UHGV virus genome: UHGV-0097092
Length of the DNA stretch: 44,628 nucleotides
DNA from: a virus
Reading direction: 5' to 3' (one strand)
Part shown: piece after piece, positions 1-8,937 of the stretch
Layout of the letters: every line of letters begins with the position of its first letter
Position numbering within the stretch: position 1 is the stretch's first letter
Notes under the pieces: generated by a model
What the model was told of the DNA's origin: nothing
Databases searched by the model: none
The model's input: the letters and a program-made list of their open reading frames with translations, nothing else
Made by a program: the position numbers and the translations under genes

Positions 1-20
1 ATAGTGATGACTATCGTCGT

Positions 21-359
21 ATGATTCTTGGTGAGTTCCCTGGTATTAGGGAGGCTGTTCTTGAATCAGATATGCCGAAGACAATGCGCTTTTCGATGCC
101 TGATGGTAGTGAATGGACAATGCCATTACGAGTGATAGCCCGGCATCATGCGCAGCACCACGCCAAAAAACATGGCGTCACGACATTAGAATGGTTGAAA
201 TCGCACACTATTCCACTCTTCACTGCAGATCACAATGCTATCGTTGAGTGGGCAAAAACAATTCCGTGGGAGCATGTCGCTGAATATGCTCACATGCTAA
301 AACCGCCGAAAGACAGGCACGAAATTAGCTGGCTGACAGCCGAAAAAATCATTGAATGA
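21..359 (+). CDS. hypothetical protein; frame is open to window start so the gene may extend upstream
   Basis: 112-aa ORF converging on the humD-like gene; shared hairpin terminator downstream; no recognised domain. Confidence 0.4.
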   Translation: MILGEFPGIREAVLESDMPKTMRFSMPDGSEWTMPLRVIARHHAQHHAKKHGVTTLEWLKSHTIPLFTADHNAIVEWAKTIPWEHVAEYAHMLKPPKDRHEISWLTAEKIIE

Positions 360-365
360 TATCAA

Positions 366-398
366 CAAAAAGCCCGCCAGGTCTGGCGGGCTTCTTTA
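366..398. terminator. bidirectional rho-independent terminator between convergent genes
   Basis: GC stem cccgcc/ggcggg (373-390) flanked by A-run upstream and T-rich run downstream. Confidence 0.5.
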
Positions 399-404
399 TG
401 CGCC

Positions 405-794
405 TTAAATCACAGGTCTATAATCAAACTCCCCACTTCGGGCATCATTAATGACATGAGTGATCACACCAAACACAGCATTACTGCCCGTGCATCCATC
501 GTCATCTACTGGTAACGCCTCTTTCTTCCCGGTGCTTAAATCCTCCAGGTGCTGGCGCGGATACTTCCTGTATCTCTTTATGCGATATTCACCCTCCATA
601 GCGCATATAAGCAGTGAACCATCAACCGGAGTAAGTGAGGAATCAACCACCAGCAAAGCACCTTGCAATATTCCCTCACGGTGATGGCTGTCTGCCGCCC
701 GCATGAAGTAGGTCGCGGAAGGATGTCTGATTAGTTGCTGATCAAGAGAAATGCGGCTCTCTGCATAATCCGCCGCAGGAGAAGGGAAGCCCAT
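405..794 (-). CDS. humD: UmuD'-like S24 peptidase lacking the N-terminal tail (P1 HumD-like)
   Basis: 129 aa starting M-GFPSPAADY, which matches UmuD just after its self-cleavage site; Ser and Lys of the catalytic dyad context retained; LexA box 19 bp upstream. Confidence 0.7.
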   Translation of the reverse strand: MGFPSPAADYAESRISLDQQLIRHPSATYFMRAADSHHREGILQGALLVVDSSLTPVDGSLLICAMEGEYRIKRYRKYPRQHLEDLSTGKKEALPVDDDGCTGSNAVFGVITHVINDARSGEFDYRPVI

Positions 795-812
795 AGCGTT
801 TTACCTCAATGA

Positions 813-832
813 TACTGTTTATTCATACAGTA
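813..832. promoter_or_regulatory. LexA (SOS) box TACTGTTTATTCATACAGTA
   Basis: CTGT-N8-ACAG palindrome, close to consensus, immediately upstream of the humD-like start. Confidence 0.6.
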
Positions 833-917
833 TACATTGAAAAGGAATAGTTTGTGAAAGCGGGGGTTGTAGGCGCGCCACGCTGGGGGCTAATCACATT
901 TCTCCCCCATCTTGCCG

Positions 918-1169
918 TTATTTTTTTGGTGCATCCTCGTTCTGATACACCGGATCGCTCCCTTTTGGCAACTGGAGGCTTAACTGCCGGTAGTGCCGTA
1001 GCCGTTCCATGAAATAGGCGCGCAGATTCTCTGGTTGCTCGCGGGCTACCTGTTCAGCTATGACAGGTATGTTCAATCGCTCTTTGTACGCCACACCGCT
1101 GGCAGCCAGATCAACGTTAACCTTATCCCGTTCTTCCTGACTTTTAGCTGCAATATTCCAGTCGCTCAT
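918..1169 (-). CDS. hot: DNA polymerase III theta-subunit homologue (HolE-like; P1 Hot-like)
   Basis: 83 aa; segment [43 protein letters not shown] closely parallels recalled E. coli HolE. Confidence 0.65.
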   Translation of the reverse strand: MSDWNIAAKSQEERDKVNVDLAASGVAYKERLNIPVIAEQVAREQPENLRAYFMERLRHYRQLSLQLPKGSDPVYQNEDAPKK

Positions 1170-1171
1170 AT

Positions 1172-1444
1172 TTAAGGCTCACATTTCCAGATGGTATTCT
1201 GAACACCAGAACCGGGCGCTAGATGAGGGTTAGCGTTCGCGCTATGCTGATATACTGCTTTAGACTTCCCATATTGCTGACAGGCTTTATCTGCGGTTTT
1301 TTGCAGGCTATCCAGGCCATACCAACCATCTGACTGTATGCTTACCTTTTCACCGTCGTTGTATTGCACCATTGCACACCCAGATATAGCCAGTATCGCG
1401 CCGACAATAACGCTTTTCCATAAAACTCTATGCAACATATACAA
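1172..1444 (-). CDS. small lipoprotein
   Basis: N-terminal signal peptide with lipobox-like LAISGC. Confidence 0.5.
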   Translation of the reverse strand: MYMLHRVLWKSVIVGAILAISGCAMVQYNDGEKVSIQSDGWYGLDSLQKTADKACQQYGKSKAVYQHSANANPHLAPGSGVQNTIWKCEP

Positions 1445-1472
1445 AAATCCCCTCTGTGAATTGAGGGGATTT
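1441..1472 (-). terminator. rho-independent terminator (minus strand)
   Basis: stem atcccctc/gaggggat with 8-nt loop followed by T-run on the minus strand; lies between the 258-aa gene and the lipoprotein gene. Confidence 0.45.
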
Positions 1473-1483
1473 TAGCATGGTGA

Positions 1484-2260
1484 TCAGATATCGGCCTTAT
1501 TCGGAATTTTATCAGCCACCAGCGGCAATAAAGCCTTCGCCATTTCATGAACCAACATGGCATCAATGACGCCTAGCGTATGGCCCGGCTTAATCTTTAA
1601 TGCGGCCTCAAGATAGCCTCTTTCCAGAGTGGTTTTTACGCTTTTCTTGGGCGATTGTTGGGAACTATCCGGAAAATCCGGATGGTTGCCAGCCTCGTAA
1701 GCTACCCGCAGCCAGTGCATGAATGTTTCAGTGGACACACAACCACAGTCCACATCGATTTTCCCGCGTTGCTGTTCCAGCCATTGCCCAAAATCCAACC
1801 TGTAAGTCTTACTTTCAAGTTCATCACCATTGAACTCGACTTTCTGCGACGCTATGAGAGCTGATTCGTATTGTTCGCGAGTGACAACTGACAGGTATTC
1901 ATCGCTATCAAGGTCACCAATTGGAAGCTCAATCTCACAACAAAAATTGCGCCCAAAGAACGTGTCTTTTTTGTGGTCTGAGCCAAAAGCAAAAGTCGCG
2001 CATGGCGCCATTAAATTGGCACTGAGCAGGCGACAATCGATCATACCATCAGGCCACCCGCCGCACTTAGGCAGCTCCTTCACTAACAAGTCGATAAGCT
2101 TCATTTTTTTATCATCTTTGCAAGCCGCCAAAGCCATTTGGGCAAGTGCCAATACTTCATCTGCCGTATATCCAGCACCGTGACCATACATTTCGATACG
2201 GGAAATAATATCTGAAATACGCTCTTTAGTGATTCTTGTCATAGTTTTATTTCCTTGCAT
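1484..2260 (-). CDS. hypothetical protein (258 aa; start may be at 2242)
   Basis: long ORF, Cys-rich middle region, no recognised domain. Confidence 0.5.
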   Translation of the reverse strand: MQGNKTMTRITKERISDIISRIEMYGHGAGYTADEVLALAQMALAACKDDKKMKLIDLLVKELPKCGGWPDGMIDCRLLSANLMAPCATFAFGSDHKKDTFFGRNFCCEIELPIGDLDSDEYLSVVTREQYESALIASQKVEFNGDELESKTYRLDFGQWLEQQRGKIDVDCGCVSTETFMHWLRVAYEAGNHPDFPDSSQQSPKKSVKTTLERGYLEAALKIKPGHTLGVIDAMLVHEMAKALLPLVADKIPNKADI

Positions 2261-2448
2261 GGTTCGCCTTTACGGCAAACAGCTACACGGTCATTTCTTA
2301 CATTAACCACAGTCACCGTTCCGTCATCGCATTGAATAACGATGAAAGGGTGTTCATTCTCTTTTGTGCAATGTTGCTGTTCTCCAGCCATTGCAGCCGG
2401 AGGATCAAATAGCGCCAGAACAAATGCCAACCTTAAAAAATGCTTCAT
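2239..2448 (-). CDS. small exported protein
   Basis: 69 aa with N-terminal signal peptide (LAFVLALFDPPAAMA). Confidence 0.4.
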   Translation of the reverse strand: MKHFLRLAFVLALFDPPAAMAGEQQHCTKENEHPFIVIQCDDGTVTVVNVRNDRVAVCRKGEPCKEIKL

Positions 2449-2455
2449 TTGGCCT

Positions 2456-2508
2456 TATCCGTTATCAAAATTGGAATATCCGTTATCACGAGCGTGATAT
2501 CCGTTATG
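2456..2508. promoter_or_regulatory. three direct ATCCGTTAT repeats at about 21-bp spacing plus palindrome TATCACGAGCGTGATA (2484-2499)
   Basis: repeats read directly; positioned just upstream of the minus-strand gene starting at 2448. Confidence 0.35.
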
Positions 2509-2527
2509 AAGTGGGGAATAAGACCAC

Positions 2528-2704
2528 TTACCAATACCCTCCGCCTGACTCAAAGTTGGCGATAAGCCAGGCTGCGAAAAGAGTAACCCCGCTCCAAAAA
2601 CCACACCCCACCGTACCCCATTTAACACCACCAGCTAATAAAATAAATAAACCGCAAAGGCATACAAACAAAAAAGTAATCCAAAATTTCTTTCTGTTTT
2701 TCAT
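2528..2704 (-). CDS. small membrane protein (58 aa), my own ORF call
   Basis: MKNRKKFWITFLFVCLCGLFILLAGG...; GGAG 9 nt upstream; start overlaps upstream stop as TAATG. Confidence 0.35.
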   Translation of the reverse strand: MKNRKKFWITFLFVCLCGLFILLAGGVKWGTVGCGFWSGVTLFAAWLIANFESGGGYW

Positions 2705-2997
2705 TATGGTTGACTCCAGTTATCTTCAATAACAATACTTAACCTCTGAAGCCATTCTGCTAATTTCAGCATGGCTTCTCTTTCGCTTAAACCACGCGGA
2801 AAATCATCAAGCGAAATTGTTGGCTTGAAGTTCCCCGAATTATCCATTTCAACGGTCAGATTTTGCTCCAGCACGGTATTCCTTACGCGGCTATTGTGCC
2901 GAAGCAAATATACTGAGCGTGATTTATTGGTTTTGTGGTCGAGCTGATATTCGGTAAGTATCATCTGGCTTCCACCATGATTATTACCGCGCCACAT
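2704..2997 (-). CDS. hypothetical protein (97 aa)
   Basis: ORF with GGAG 7 nt upstream of the ATG at 2997; no recognised domain. Confidence 0.45.
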   Translation of the reverse strand: MWRGNNHGGSQMILTEYQLDHKTNKSRSVYLLRHNSRVRNTVLEQNLTVEMDNSGNFKPTISLDDFPRGLSEREAMLKLAEWLQRLSIVIEDNWSQP

Positions 2998-3009
2998 AAT
3001 TACTCCGTG

Positions 3010-3414
3010 TTAATAAGAGAAATAGACCGTTGCAACACTGTTATATTGGTCGAACGAAATAGCATTTACTTCATAGCTGGTGGGCAGCTTCTTACCAAGA
3101 ATGTAGCCAGGCCATGAGTTCCACGGAATTTCTGTTCGGTCGTCGTCTTGCCACATTACGCAACCAAGAGAGCCAACCATTTCACCATATCGCTTGCCAC
3201 AAGTAACAAAGCCGATATTCGGCTTTTCTTGTGTTACTGATACCGTGGTGGTATTGGCAGATGCATTGATTGCAGTACGTTGCTCATGCTCGCTGGCGGA
3301 TGAGGCGCTAATTACAGCGGTTGCCGCAGCTCCCGCAGCAATAACCGATGCATGAGATAAATGACAGGCAGATAACATTGCCAGAAAAATAATATTTCTT
3401 TGAAATTTAGCCAT
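3010..3414 (-). CDS. exported protein of unknown function
   Basis: 134 aa with signal peptide and Ala-rich region. Confidence 0.5.
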   Translation of the reverse strand: MAKFQRNIIFLAMLSACHLSHASVIAAGAAATAVISASSASEHEQRTAINASANTTTVSVTQEKPNIGFVTCGKRYGEMVGSLGCVMWQDDDRTEIPWNSWPGYILGKKLPTSYEVNAISFDQYNSVATVYFSY

Positions 3415-3688
3415 TGATATTTACCTTTATCGCGTAAACCTTTACCGGTTTATCGCCGAAGTGGGGATGCGTGATTGTCTTGATTTCATATCCGTCATAC
3501 GGGACGTCTATTCTGCGGCTGGAATCATCGCGCTTCGGATATCCCTTTGTGATAATCAGGCGGTCATACTCGCGGAACAGAATTCGCTTATTCCAGTAGT
3601 CATTACACAAGCGATACTCTTCCGTTTTCTCTCCAGACTTCATCTGGTCGAAATATTCACCGTTAACTGCCAGTTGAAGGTTAGCCAC
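3407..3688 (-). CDS. ASCH-domain protein (GTG start at 3688)
   Basis: GEKTEEYR matches the ASCH GxKTxExR signature; AGGAGG 6 nt upstream of GTG. Confidence 0.55.
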   Translation of the reverse strand: MANLQLAVNGEYFDQMKSGEKTEEYRLCNDYWNKRILFREYDRLIITKGYPKRDDSSRRIDVPYDGYEIKTITHPHFGDKPVKVYAIKVNING

Positions 3689-4508
3689 GGTTAACCTCCT
3701 GCGGCGGTTCTGGTAGCGGCATCCAGTGTGACGGTTTCCACGACGCCCCAGGAATGATCCACCCATCATTAGCGTCAGGATGCCCCGGGATGTAAGTCGC
3801 CCATTTCATTCGCCAGTCACCTTTCCTATCAAACTCCTTGGCAACAAGAACGGCTGTTTTGGTATCCGGCATTCGCTCACTACAGCTTATCCAACCATCC
3901 GGAGTTACCGGATAGTTGCGCATTGCGACCTTTAATGCCTCATAGAAGCAACCTTTCAGATTGTTGAACTGACGCCCATTAAGAGGACCGTGTTCAGTAA
4001 GCATGTTGCGTAATTTCCATGCCGCGTCGTTTACTTCGTTGGATGACAGGGGAGGCAACTTGTAAGTTTGGCTTACAGGTTCGGCACCATGAAGCATGGC
4101 GCCGCTCCGCTCTATGCCATCCAGCGCGATTCGCAGTGCCTGAATTGTGGTAGAGCTATCGTTTGGGGCTATTCCATATCGCTCGAATACAGCTAAATGG
4201 TTGCGCATAATCTCAGGCGTAAGCTCTTTGTAAGCATAAGCAAGAGGCTCTGATGCATTATCCGGCACAACCGACGCAGGCGCGGCAGCATAAACAGGAA
4301 TAACGTCCGCTTGCTCTTTATTGCTTTCATCCGTTAAAGCCCAGAATAATTTCCCGGCCGGATGTTTGAAAATATAAGCAACTGGATCTGCTTCCAGCGA
4401 TGCCAGTGCAATTTCATAAGCACGGCGCTCAATATTGTCTCGAACGTCCAAGCTGCCTATGCGCTCTTTGATTTCTTTAATCAGTTCTTTGTCGGTTAAA
4501 GTGGTCAT
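3681..4508 (-). CDS. DUF551-containing phage protein
   Basis: C-terminal W...SCSERMPD...WMPLPEPP pattern typical of DUF551. Confidence 0.6.
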   Translation of the reverse strand: MTTLTDKELIKEIKERIGSLDVRDNIERRAYEIALASLEADPVAYIFKHPAGKLFWALTDESNKEQADVIPVYAAAPASVVPDNASEPLAYAYKELTPEIMRNHLAVFERYGIAPNDSSTTIQALRIALDGIERSGAMLHGAEPVSQTYKLPPLSSNEVNDAAWKLRNMLTEHGPLNGRQFNNLKGCFYEALKVAMRNYPVTPDGWISCSERMPDTKTAVLVAKEFDRKGDWRMKWATYIPGHPDANDGWIIPGASWKPSHWMPLPEPPQEVNRG

Positions 4509-4714
4509 TTGTTAATCCTCAAAACTTTATGCCCGGGCGCAAAAGCACGCGTTTTGTCTTTGCTTATTCGCCAGCCATCCTTGCGCGCCTCTTTTGCACA
4601 GCCAGCCCATGACGTACCTATATACTCACCGAAGTCTGGCGACTTATATTTGCCATCTGTACACTGGAGGCAATCACAATAGAGATGCATGGTGTAACTT
4701 GCAGCGATAGCCAT
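4505..4714 (-). CDS. small Cys-rich hypothetical protein (69 aa)
   Basis: ATG at 4714 with AGGAG upstream; MAIAASYTMHLYCDCLQC... Confidence 0.45.
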   Translation of the reverse strand: MAIAASYTMHLYCDCLQCTDGKYKSPDFGEYIGTSWAGCAKEARKDGWRISKDKTRAFAPGHKVLRINK

Positions 4715-4715
4715 A

Positions 4716-4904
4716 TCACTCTCCTTTAGTGCGCAAGTGGTTTTTCCAGCGGTTTTGCGCCGCGCTGGGCTTTTTGCAAAAACCACAATCCATCATCCCG
4801 TAATATTTCATCAACCCCATCCGTCGGTTGCTGAGTCTCACCCACTGCCAGACGCCAGGAGCGTTTCTACGAACTAACAGAATCTTTGCTTTACGGTTTT
4901 TCAT
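4716..4904 (-). CDS. small basic protein (62 aa, begins MKNRKAK)
   Basis: ORF; start region duplicated about 175 bp upstream. Confidence 0.3.
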   Translation of the reverse strand: MKNRKAKILLVRRNAPGVWQWVRLSNRRMGLMKYYGMMDCGFCKKPSAAQNRWKNHLRTKGE

Positions 4905-5077
4905 CTTACAGCGTACCCTTTCTTCCGCCTGTTCTGTGACGCAGTAGGCTTACGCTTTGCGGCAAAAGCCACCTGACCAAATGGATGGAGTACCGCTATC
5001 TTATGGTTGCTAATAACCAGCTCCACCACACGCACAGGTCGCTGTAAAAAAAGTCGTTTTGCCTTACGGTTTTTCAT
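4901..5077 (-). CDS. small basic protein paralogue (58 aa, begins MKNRKAK), my own ORF call
   Basis: hand-translated; stop overlaps the next start as ATGA; shares the ttacggtttttcatc start region with 4716..4904. Confidence 0.3.
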   Translation of the reverse strand: MKNRKAKRLFLQRPVRVVELVISNHKIAVLHPFGQVAFAAKRKPTASQNRRKKGYAVR

Positions 5078-5249
5078 CGCTTTGCTCTCCTGCGTCTCTT
5101 TGCTGCTCGTCGTGCCGCTGCAATACCGGTATGGCGGCGCTTTGGTGCCGGGATGATGTTGTCAGCCATCAGGACATGTGGCTTTGCAATTAGCGCAGAA
5201 GCCCAAAAACGAGTCGGGTACGGTAACAAGCCGATACATGCCACACGCA

Positions 5250-5744
5250 CTACTCACCTCCGTTGATGCGAATGCCTGTTGCAATGCTGTTTATGATGCT
5301 GTCAGTGCATGGAGTAGAAAGCTGGGCATCTCCAGCAATTTTCATGACCTCAACATCTGCATATCGAATACCGAGGTGTATCAGACCTGCTATGCCTGAC
5401 TTAAGCCGAGCATTTTCCATAAATAGAACCTTTGCCATCTGTTTTTCTGCTTCAAGCTCAACGCGCAGCTTCCCTACCGTTAGCGCAATATCCTCGTTCT
5501 CCTGGTCGCGGAGTTTGATGTATTGCTGGTTTTTTTCCCGTTCATCCAGTAGTGCCAAAGCAACCTTTGGATTAAAGGCAGCAATAAATTCAGCGTTGTT
5601 TTTCAGAACGTGTTGCGCAATGGCCTGACTACTTAGTCGGACCTCATAACCACGTGCGCCACGGTGTGGTTTATATGAGTCCCAGTCTCCCCACGTTGCT
5701 TTCTCTGCCGCCTCACGCAGTGCCTGGTAATTAATTTCGCTCAC
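5250..5744 (-). CDS. Ead/Ea22-like protein
   Basis: N-terminus MSEINYQALREAAEKAT... typical of Ea22-like prophage proteins. Confidence 0.55.
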   Translation of the reverse strand: MSEINYQALREAAEKATWGDWDSYKPHRGARGYEVRLSSQAIAQHVLKNNAEFIAAFNPKVALALLDEREKNQQYIKLRDQENEDIALTVGKLRVELEAEKQMAKVLFMENARLKSGIAGLIHLGIRYADVEVMKIAGDAQLSTPCTDSIINSIATGIRINGGE

Positions 5745-6358
5745 TGGTTGCCTCCTTTGCGAAGCTGTTCAGCAATACTTACGCATATCTCTGCGCCTCT
5801 AATCAGCCCCGGAACGTTCTTGTTTGGCCCAACTTCACCATCAACAAAATCAATCATCGCGTTACGAGCCATATCCACCCCCTGCGCCCGCACTTCCGCC
5901 AGGAAAGCGTCGGTAGCTGGCGTTTCGCTGTGGTGCAGGGCATCATTAATAATCATCGCAGCAACTCCGGCCTGCCCTGCATCCGTTACCGACACATGCT
6001 CAAGAGTTACGGCCATTGCGTGTTTCAGTCCGGCGTTCTCTGCCACCAGCGCCGCGATATTAGTTTCAAGCTCTGCAATACGGCACATAGCATCAATATT
6101 TGAGTCCTCCTGACGTTTAATTTCATCCAGTAGTGACAACGCAACTTTTGGTGGGATAGCCGCGATATAACGGGCATTAGCACCAGCATTCCTTTGTCCA
6201 TCAATGCCAGGCCAGTCAATAAAGTATCCGCAATGCCTACCTTCAGACGTGCGCGCAGGATAAATGCCGTTATGACCCGGCAAAATATATGCTACCCATT
6301 CATCTTGCGTTGCCTGTTCCGCCGCCTCGCGCAGTTCTTGATAGTTAATTTTGCTCAC
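5741..6358 (-). CDS. Ead/Ea22-like protein
   Basis: N-terminus MSKINYQELREAAEQAT; C-terminal module [17 protein letters not shown]...QLRKGGNQ shared with the gene at 8934..9650. Confidence 0.6.
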   Translation of the reverse strand: MSKINYQELREAAEQATQDEWVAYILPGHNGIYPARTSEGRHCGYFIDWPGIDGQRNAGANARYIAAIPPKVALSLLDEIKRQEDSNIDAMCRIAELETNIAALVAENAGLKHAMAVTLEHVSVTDAGQAGVAAMIINDALHHSETPATDAFLAEVRAQGVDMARNAMIDFVDGEVGPNKNVPGLIRGAEICVSIAEQLRKGGNQ

Positions 6359-6644
6359 TGGTTGCCTCCGCTTCCCACGTTTTCAGACTTTCACCACAGA
6401 ATGGGCAAAATGAAACTCGAATAGGCGATTTAGAAAATTCACCAGACCGCAGCATGATCAGGTCCTGTGAATGAATTAATTCATGGTTATAGACTTTGTA
6501 TTTCAGCAGGCCTTTTCGCGTCGTGTATTCAGCATCCTGCTCCAGAGATTGTGCCAGCGCCGCGCACGGTTCTATTTTTCTGCCATTAATCAAACAAGTG
6601 GAGATTCTGCACTTTGCAGCTCCGTCACCGTTACCTTGACTCAT
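6345..6644 (-). CDS. small zinc-ribbon-like protein
   Basis: 99 aa with CxxxC ... CPFCG motifs. Confidence 0.45.
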   Translation of the reverse strand: MSQGNGDGAAKCRISTCLINGRKIEPCAALAQSLEQDAEYTTRKGLLKYKVYNHELIHSQDLIMLRSGEFSKSPIRVSFCPFCGESLKTWEAEATSEQN

Positions 6645-6657
6645 TGCGTTGTTCCCA

Positions 6658-7653
6658 TCAGTTATTAAACGTGATCACTCCGCGCTCGATGGCGAAGTCG
6701 AAAAGCTGGTTAGCGACTACATAAAGGCGTATGCCATGTGCTTTTTCCCATGCCCGGACATCGTGTTCTGCGCTTCTGGCGCAGTCATCGCAAAGAGGAA
6801 CAGCCCAGCGGTCGTGTTCGTTTAACGAGCGGGCGCGGTACATGAACGGGTGGTTAACTTTGCCACCGCATCCGATGCACGGACGAGAAACCACAAAGCG
6901 GAGATAAGCCGGGCTTTTTCCGAGTAAGGTTTTTGGACGGCGCATATATAGGAGGCCAGAATCCTCATCTACAGACAGGTTGACGATCTGCTCTGCGGTT
7001 ATGTCCACCAGCTCGCGCGTACTGCGCTCCCAGGTGATATCTGATTCTTTCAGCGTACCGGTAGGGATTTCAGTTTTTGGCTGACAAAATGCAATGCGCC
7101 CGGCTTCATCTGGCAGCTCATCTTTCAGATTCCGGCGAATGGCCCAAAAAGTGAGTTCAACCATGCTCAGATCGCGTTCTGGCGGTAGTTTTAACTCGCT
7201 CGCAGCCCAGTTCATAACCCAGTTGGCGCGATTCAGGGATAACTGGTCGTCCAGCTTGCTGTACCCCTTCATCATGTATTCCGCATCATGCTTCCAGCAC
7301 AGGCGAACGGCAGAACCGTTATAGAAGTGAGTGGTTAGCTGGTGGCTACAATCGCGCTTATCATGCGCCTGGCAATCGTGAATGTTGGTGCTAACCCAGT
7401 GAACGATAGAATCCTCGCCACCTAACGCATTAAATACGCGCTCACTTTGAAAAAAGGGTGTCAGTGACTGGTTGGCAACCAGGGAATAATTCAGATCCAC
7501 GACGCCATCAGGGGTGTTTTCAGCCTGTTCGCGCGGCAATGGGGAGATAAGAAAACGGCGGCCTGCGCCGATGTAATTGCTGGTGGGCTTATCTACAGGA
7601 AAGACAGCCACACCAGTTTCATTTACGACATATGGGGTGATTATTGCACTCAT
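6658..7653 (-). CDS. DUF968-family protein with Cys-rich C-terminal region
   Basis: 331 aa; C-terminal RPCIGCGG...PLCDDCARSAEHD resembles the DUF968 HNH-like region. Confidence 0.55.
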   Translation of the reverse strand: MSAIITPYVVNETGVAVFPVDKPTSNYIGAGRRFLISPLPREQAENTPDGVVDLNYSLVANQSLTPFFQSERVFNALGGEDSIVHWVSTNIHDCQAHDKRDCSHQLTTHFYNGSAVRLCWKHDAEYMMKGYSKLDDQLSLNRANWVMNWAASELKLPPERDLSMVELTFWAIRRNLKDELPDEAGRIAFCQPKTEIPTGTLKESDITWERSTRELVDITAEQIVNLSVDEDSGLLYMRRPKTLLGKSPAYLRFVVSRPCIGCGGKVNHPFMYRARSLNEHDRWAVPLCDDCARSAEHDVRAWEKAHGIRLYVVANQLFDFAIERGVITFNN

Positions 7654-7694
7654 AATGCATACCGACTCTGTTTTGTTCCGAGCGGTAAAATAAT

Positions 7695-7727
7695 ATGTTA
7701 GAAAATTAAAATCAACAATCTAACACG
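7695..7727. promoter_or_regulatory. promoter-operator-like palindromic motif, copy A
   Basis: ATGTTAGAAAATTAAAATCAACAATCTAACACG; TTAGA/TCTAA arms around an AT-rich, -10-like core. Confidence 0.45.
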
Positions 7728-7757
7728 ATTTTGAGCGCGTAAACGATGTAACCCGGC

Positions 7758-8441
7758 TTACGGTTGCCCTCCCTTCACCTGCATTAGCGTCAGGTTTCCG
7801 CAAAATACAGCACCAGTATCGATATAATGCTGGTTCCAGAATGCTTTTGGGCTTTTAGCCGGGGTGTGTCCGAAGATAAATCGATCTGCACCTGTAATTT
7901 CTTCACCGATGCCATCTATCGAATCACTAACACGGTCGCGCGACCAGATGACATTGAAAAGCGGCACAGCCTTACCGAACTGATACTCTCTATCCGGATA
8001 GTCAGCATGAGCAATGACAATAGTCTCCTGCCCGGTGTTCAGCTCAATGATATGAGGCAATTGCCTTACCAGCTCCACCAGCGCCCTGGCTAAAACTTCC
8101 TTATCACTATCCAGCATAAAGAACCACTGGCCGCCATTCATTAGCCAGTTATTCACGTTTCCAGCTGGGCTTAACGCATCGATCATCAACCTCTCATGGT
8201 TACCCATGACAGCCCGGAACCAGGGCATTTGCAATAACTCCAGGCATTCGACATTTTCAGTGCCGCGATCGATAAGGTCGCCGACTGATATCAGTAAATC
8301 CTGCGCCGGGTCAAAATCCACACGATGGAGTTCATTCATAAGCAGGGTGTAGCAACCGTGCAAATCACCAACAACCCATATGTTTCTGTATCCTGAACCA
8401 TCAATACGGCTATATAACGCCTGGTCGTTAACGGTGATCAT
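7758..8441 (-). CDS. Ser/Thr protein phosphatase, lambda PPase / PrpA-PrpB type
   Basis: metallophosphatase motifs GDLHGC, GDLIDRG, GNHE. Confidence 0.8.
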   Translation of the reverse strand: MITVNDQALYSRIDGSGYRNIWVVGDLHGCYTLLMNELHRVDFDPAQDLLISVGDLIDRGTENVECLELLQMPWFRAVMGNHERLMIDALSPAGNVNNWLMNGGQWFFMLDSDKEVLARALVELVRQLPHIIELNTGQETIVIAHADYPDREYQFGKAVPLFNVIWSRDRVSDSIDGIGEEITGADRFIFGHTPAKSPKAFWNQHYIDTGAVFCGNLTLMQVKGGQP

Positions 8442-8665
8442 TCTGCAACATCCTCCAAATCAGCAACCGCGTCCATCACATCAGAACCGCGAATAACTTC
8501 AAAAGCGCGGCAGGCCATTTCAAACACCTGTTGTTCTTGCGGATGCGGTGACTCCCAATACTTAAAACCAGGTCGATGCTCGTAACCCATCATGGAATAA
8601 AAATCGCCAGCAAGTTCAATCGCGGCATCAACAAGTTCGCGATTTGTCATCGTCTGTTCTGTCAT
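8438..8665 (-). CDS. hypothetical protein (75 aa)
   Basis: ORF translationally coupled to neighbours; acidic. Confidence 0.45.
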   Translation of the reverse strand: MTEQTMTNRELVDAAIELAGDFYSMMGYEHRPGFKYWESPHPQEQQVFEMACRAFEVIRGSDVMDAVADLEDVAE

Positions 8666-8937
8666 TTGGTTTTCTCCTGTCTGAACATCACTATCATCAG
8701 GTCGCCTTTTGTCGCTATCCTCGCTGTTGTGCCTGGTTCAATGCGGCTAAGTTCAAATGCGTCATAGAACGCCTCCAACGCTTTCTGGCGTTTTTCCTGT
8801 TTGCGGCGCTTTCCCCACTGCTTTAGAAAAACAGAGGCCGCCCACTTCCCCGCACTGAACATGATGTAAAACCAACCGAGAAGTGCCAGACCGGTATTTA
8901 GGAGCGTATCGATCGTTATTGTCGTGTCGATATTCAC
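8662..8937 (-). CDS. small membrane protein
   Basis: 91 aa with a hydrophobic helix (LLGWFYIMFSAG) followed by a basic stretch. Confidence 0.45.
   Translation of the reverse strand: MNIDTTITIDTLLNTGLALLGWFYIMFSAGKWAASVFLKQWGKRRKQEKRQKALEAFYDAFELSRIEPGTTARIATKGDLMIVMFRQEKTK

Noticed and set aside
2364-2732. 122-aa plus-strand ORF
   Set aside because: Antisense to the better-supported small minus-strand membrane-protein gene and to the repeat-bearing promoter region; low-complexity translation; no RBS.
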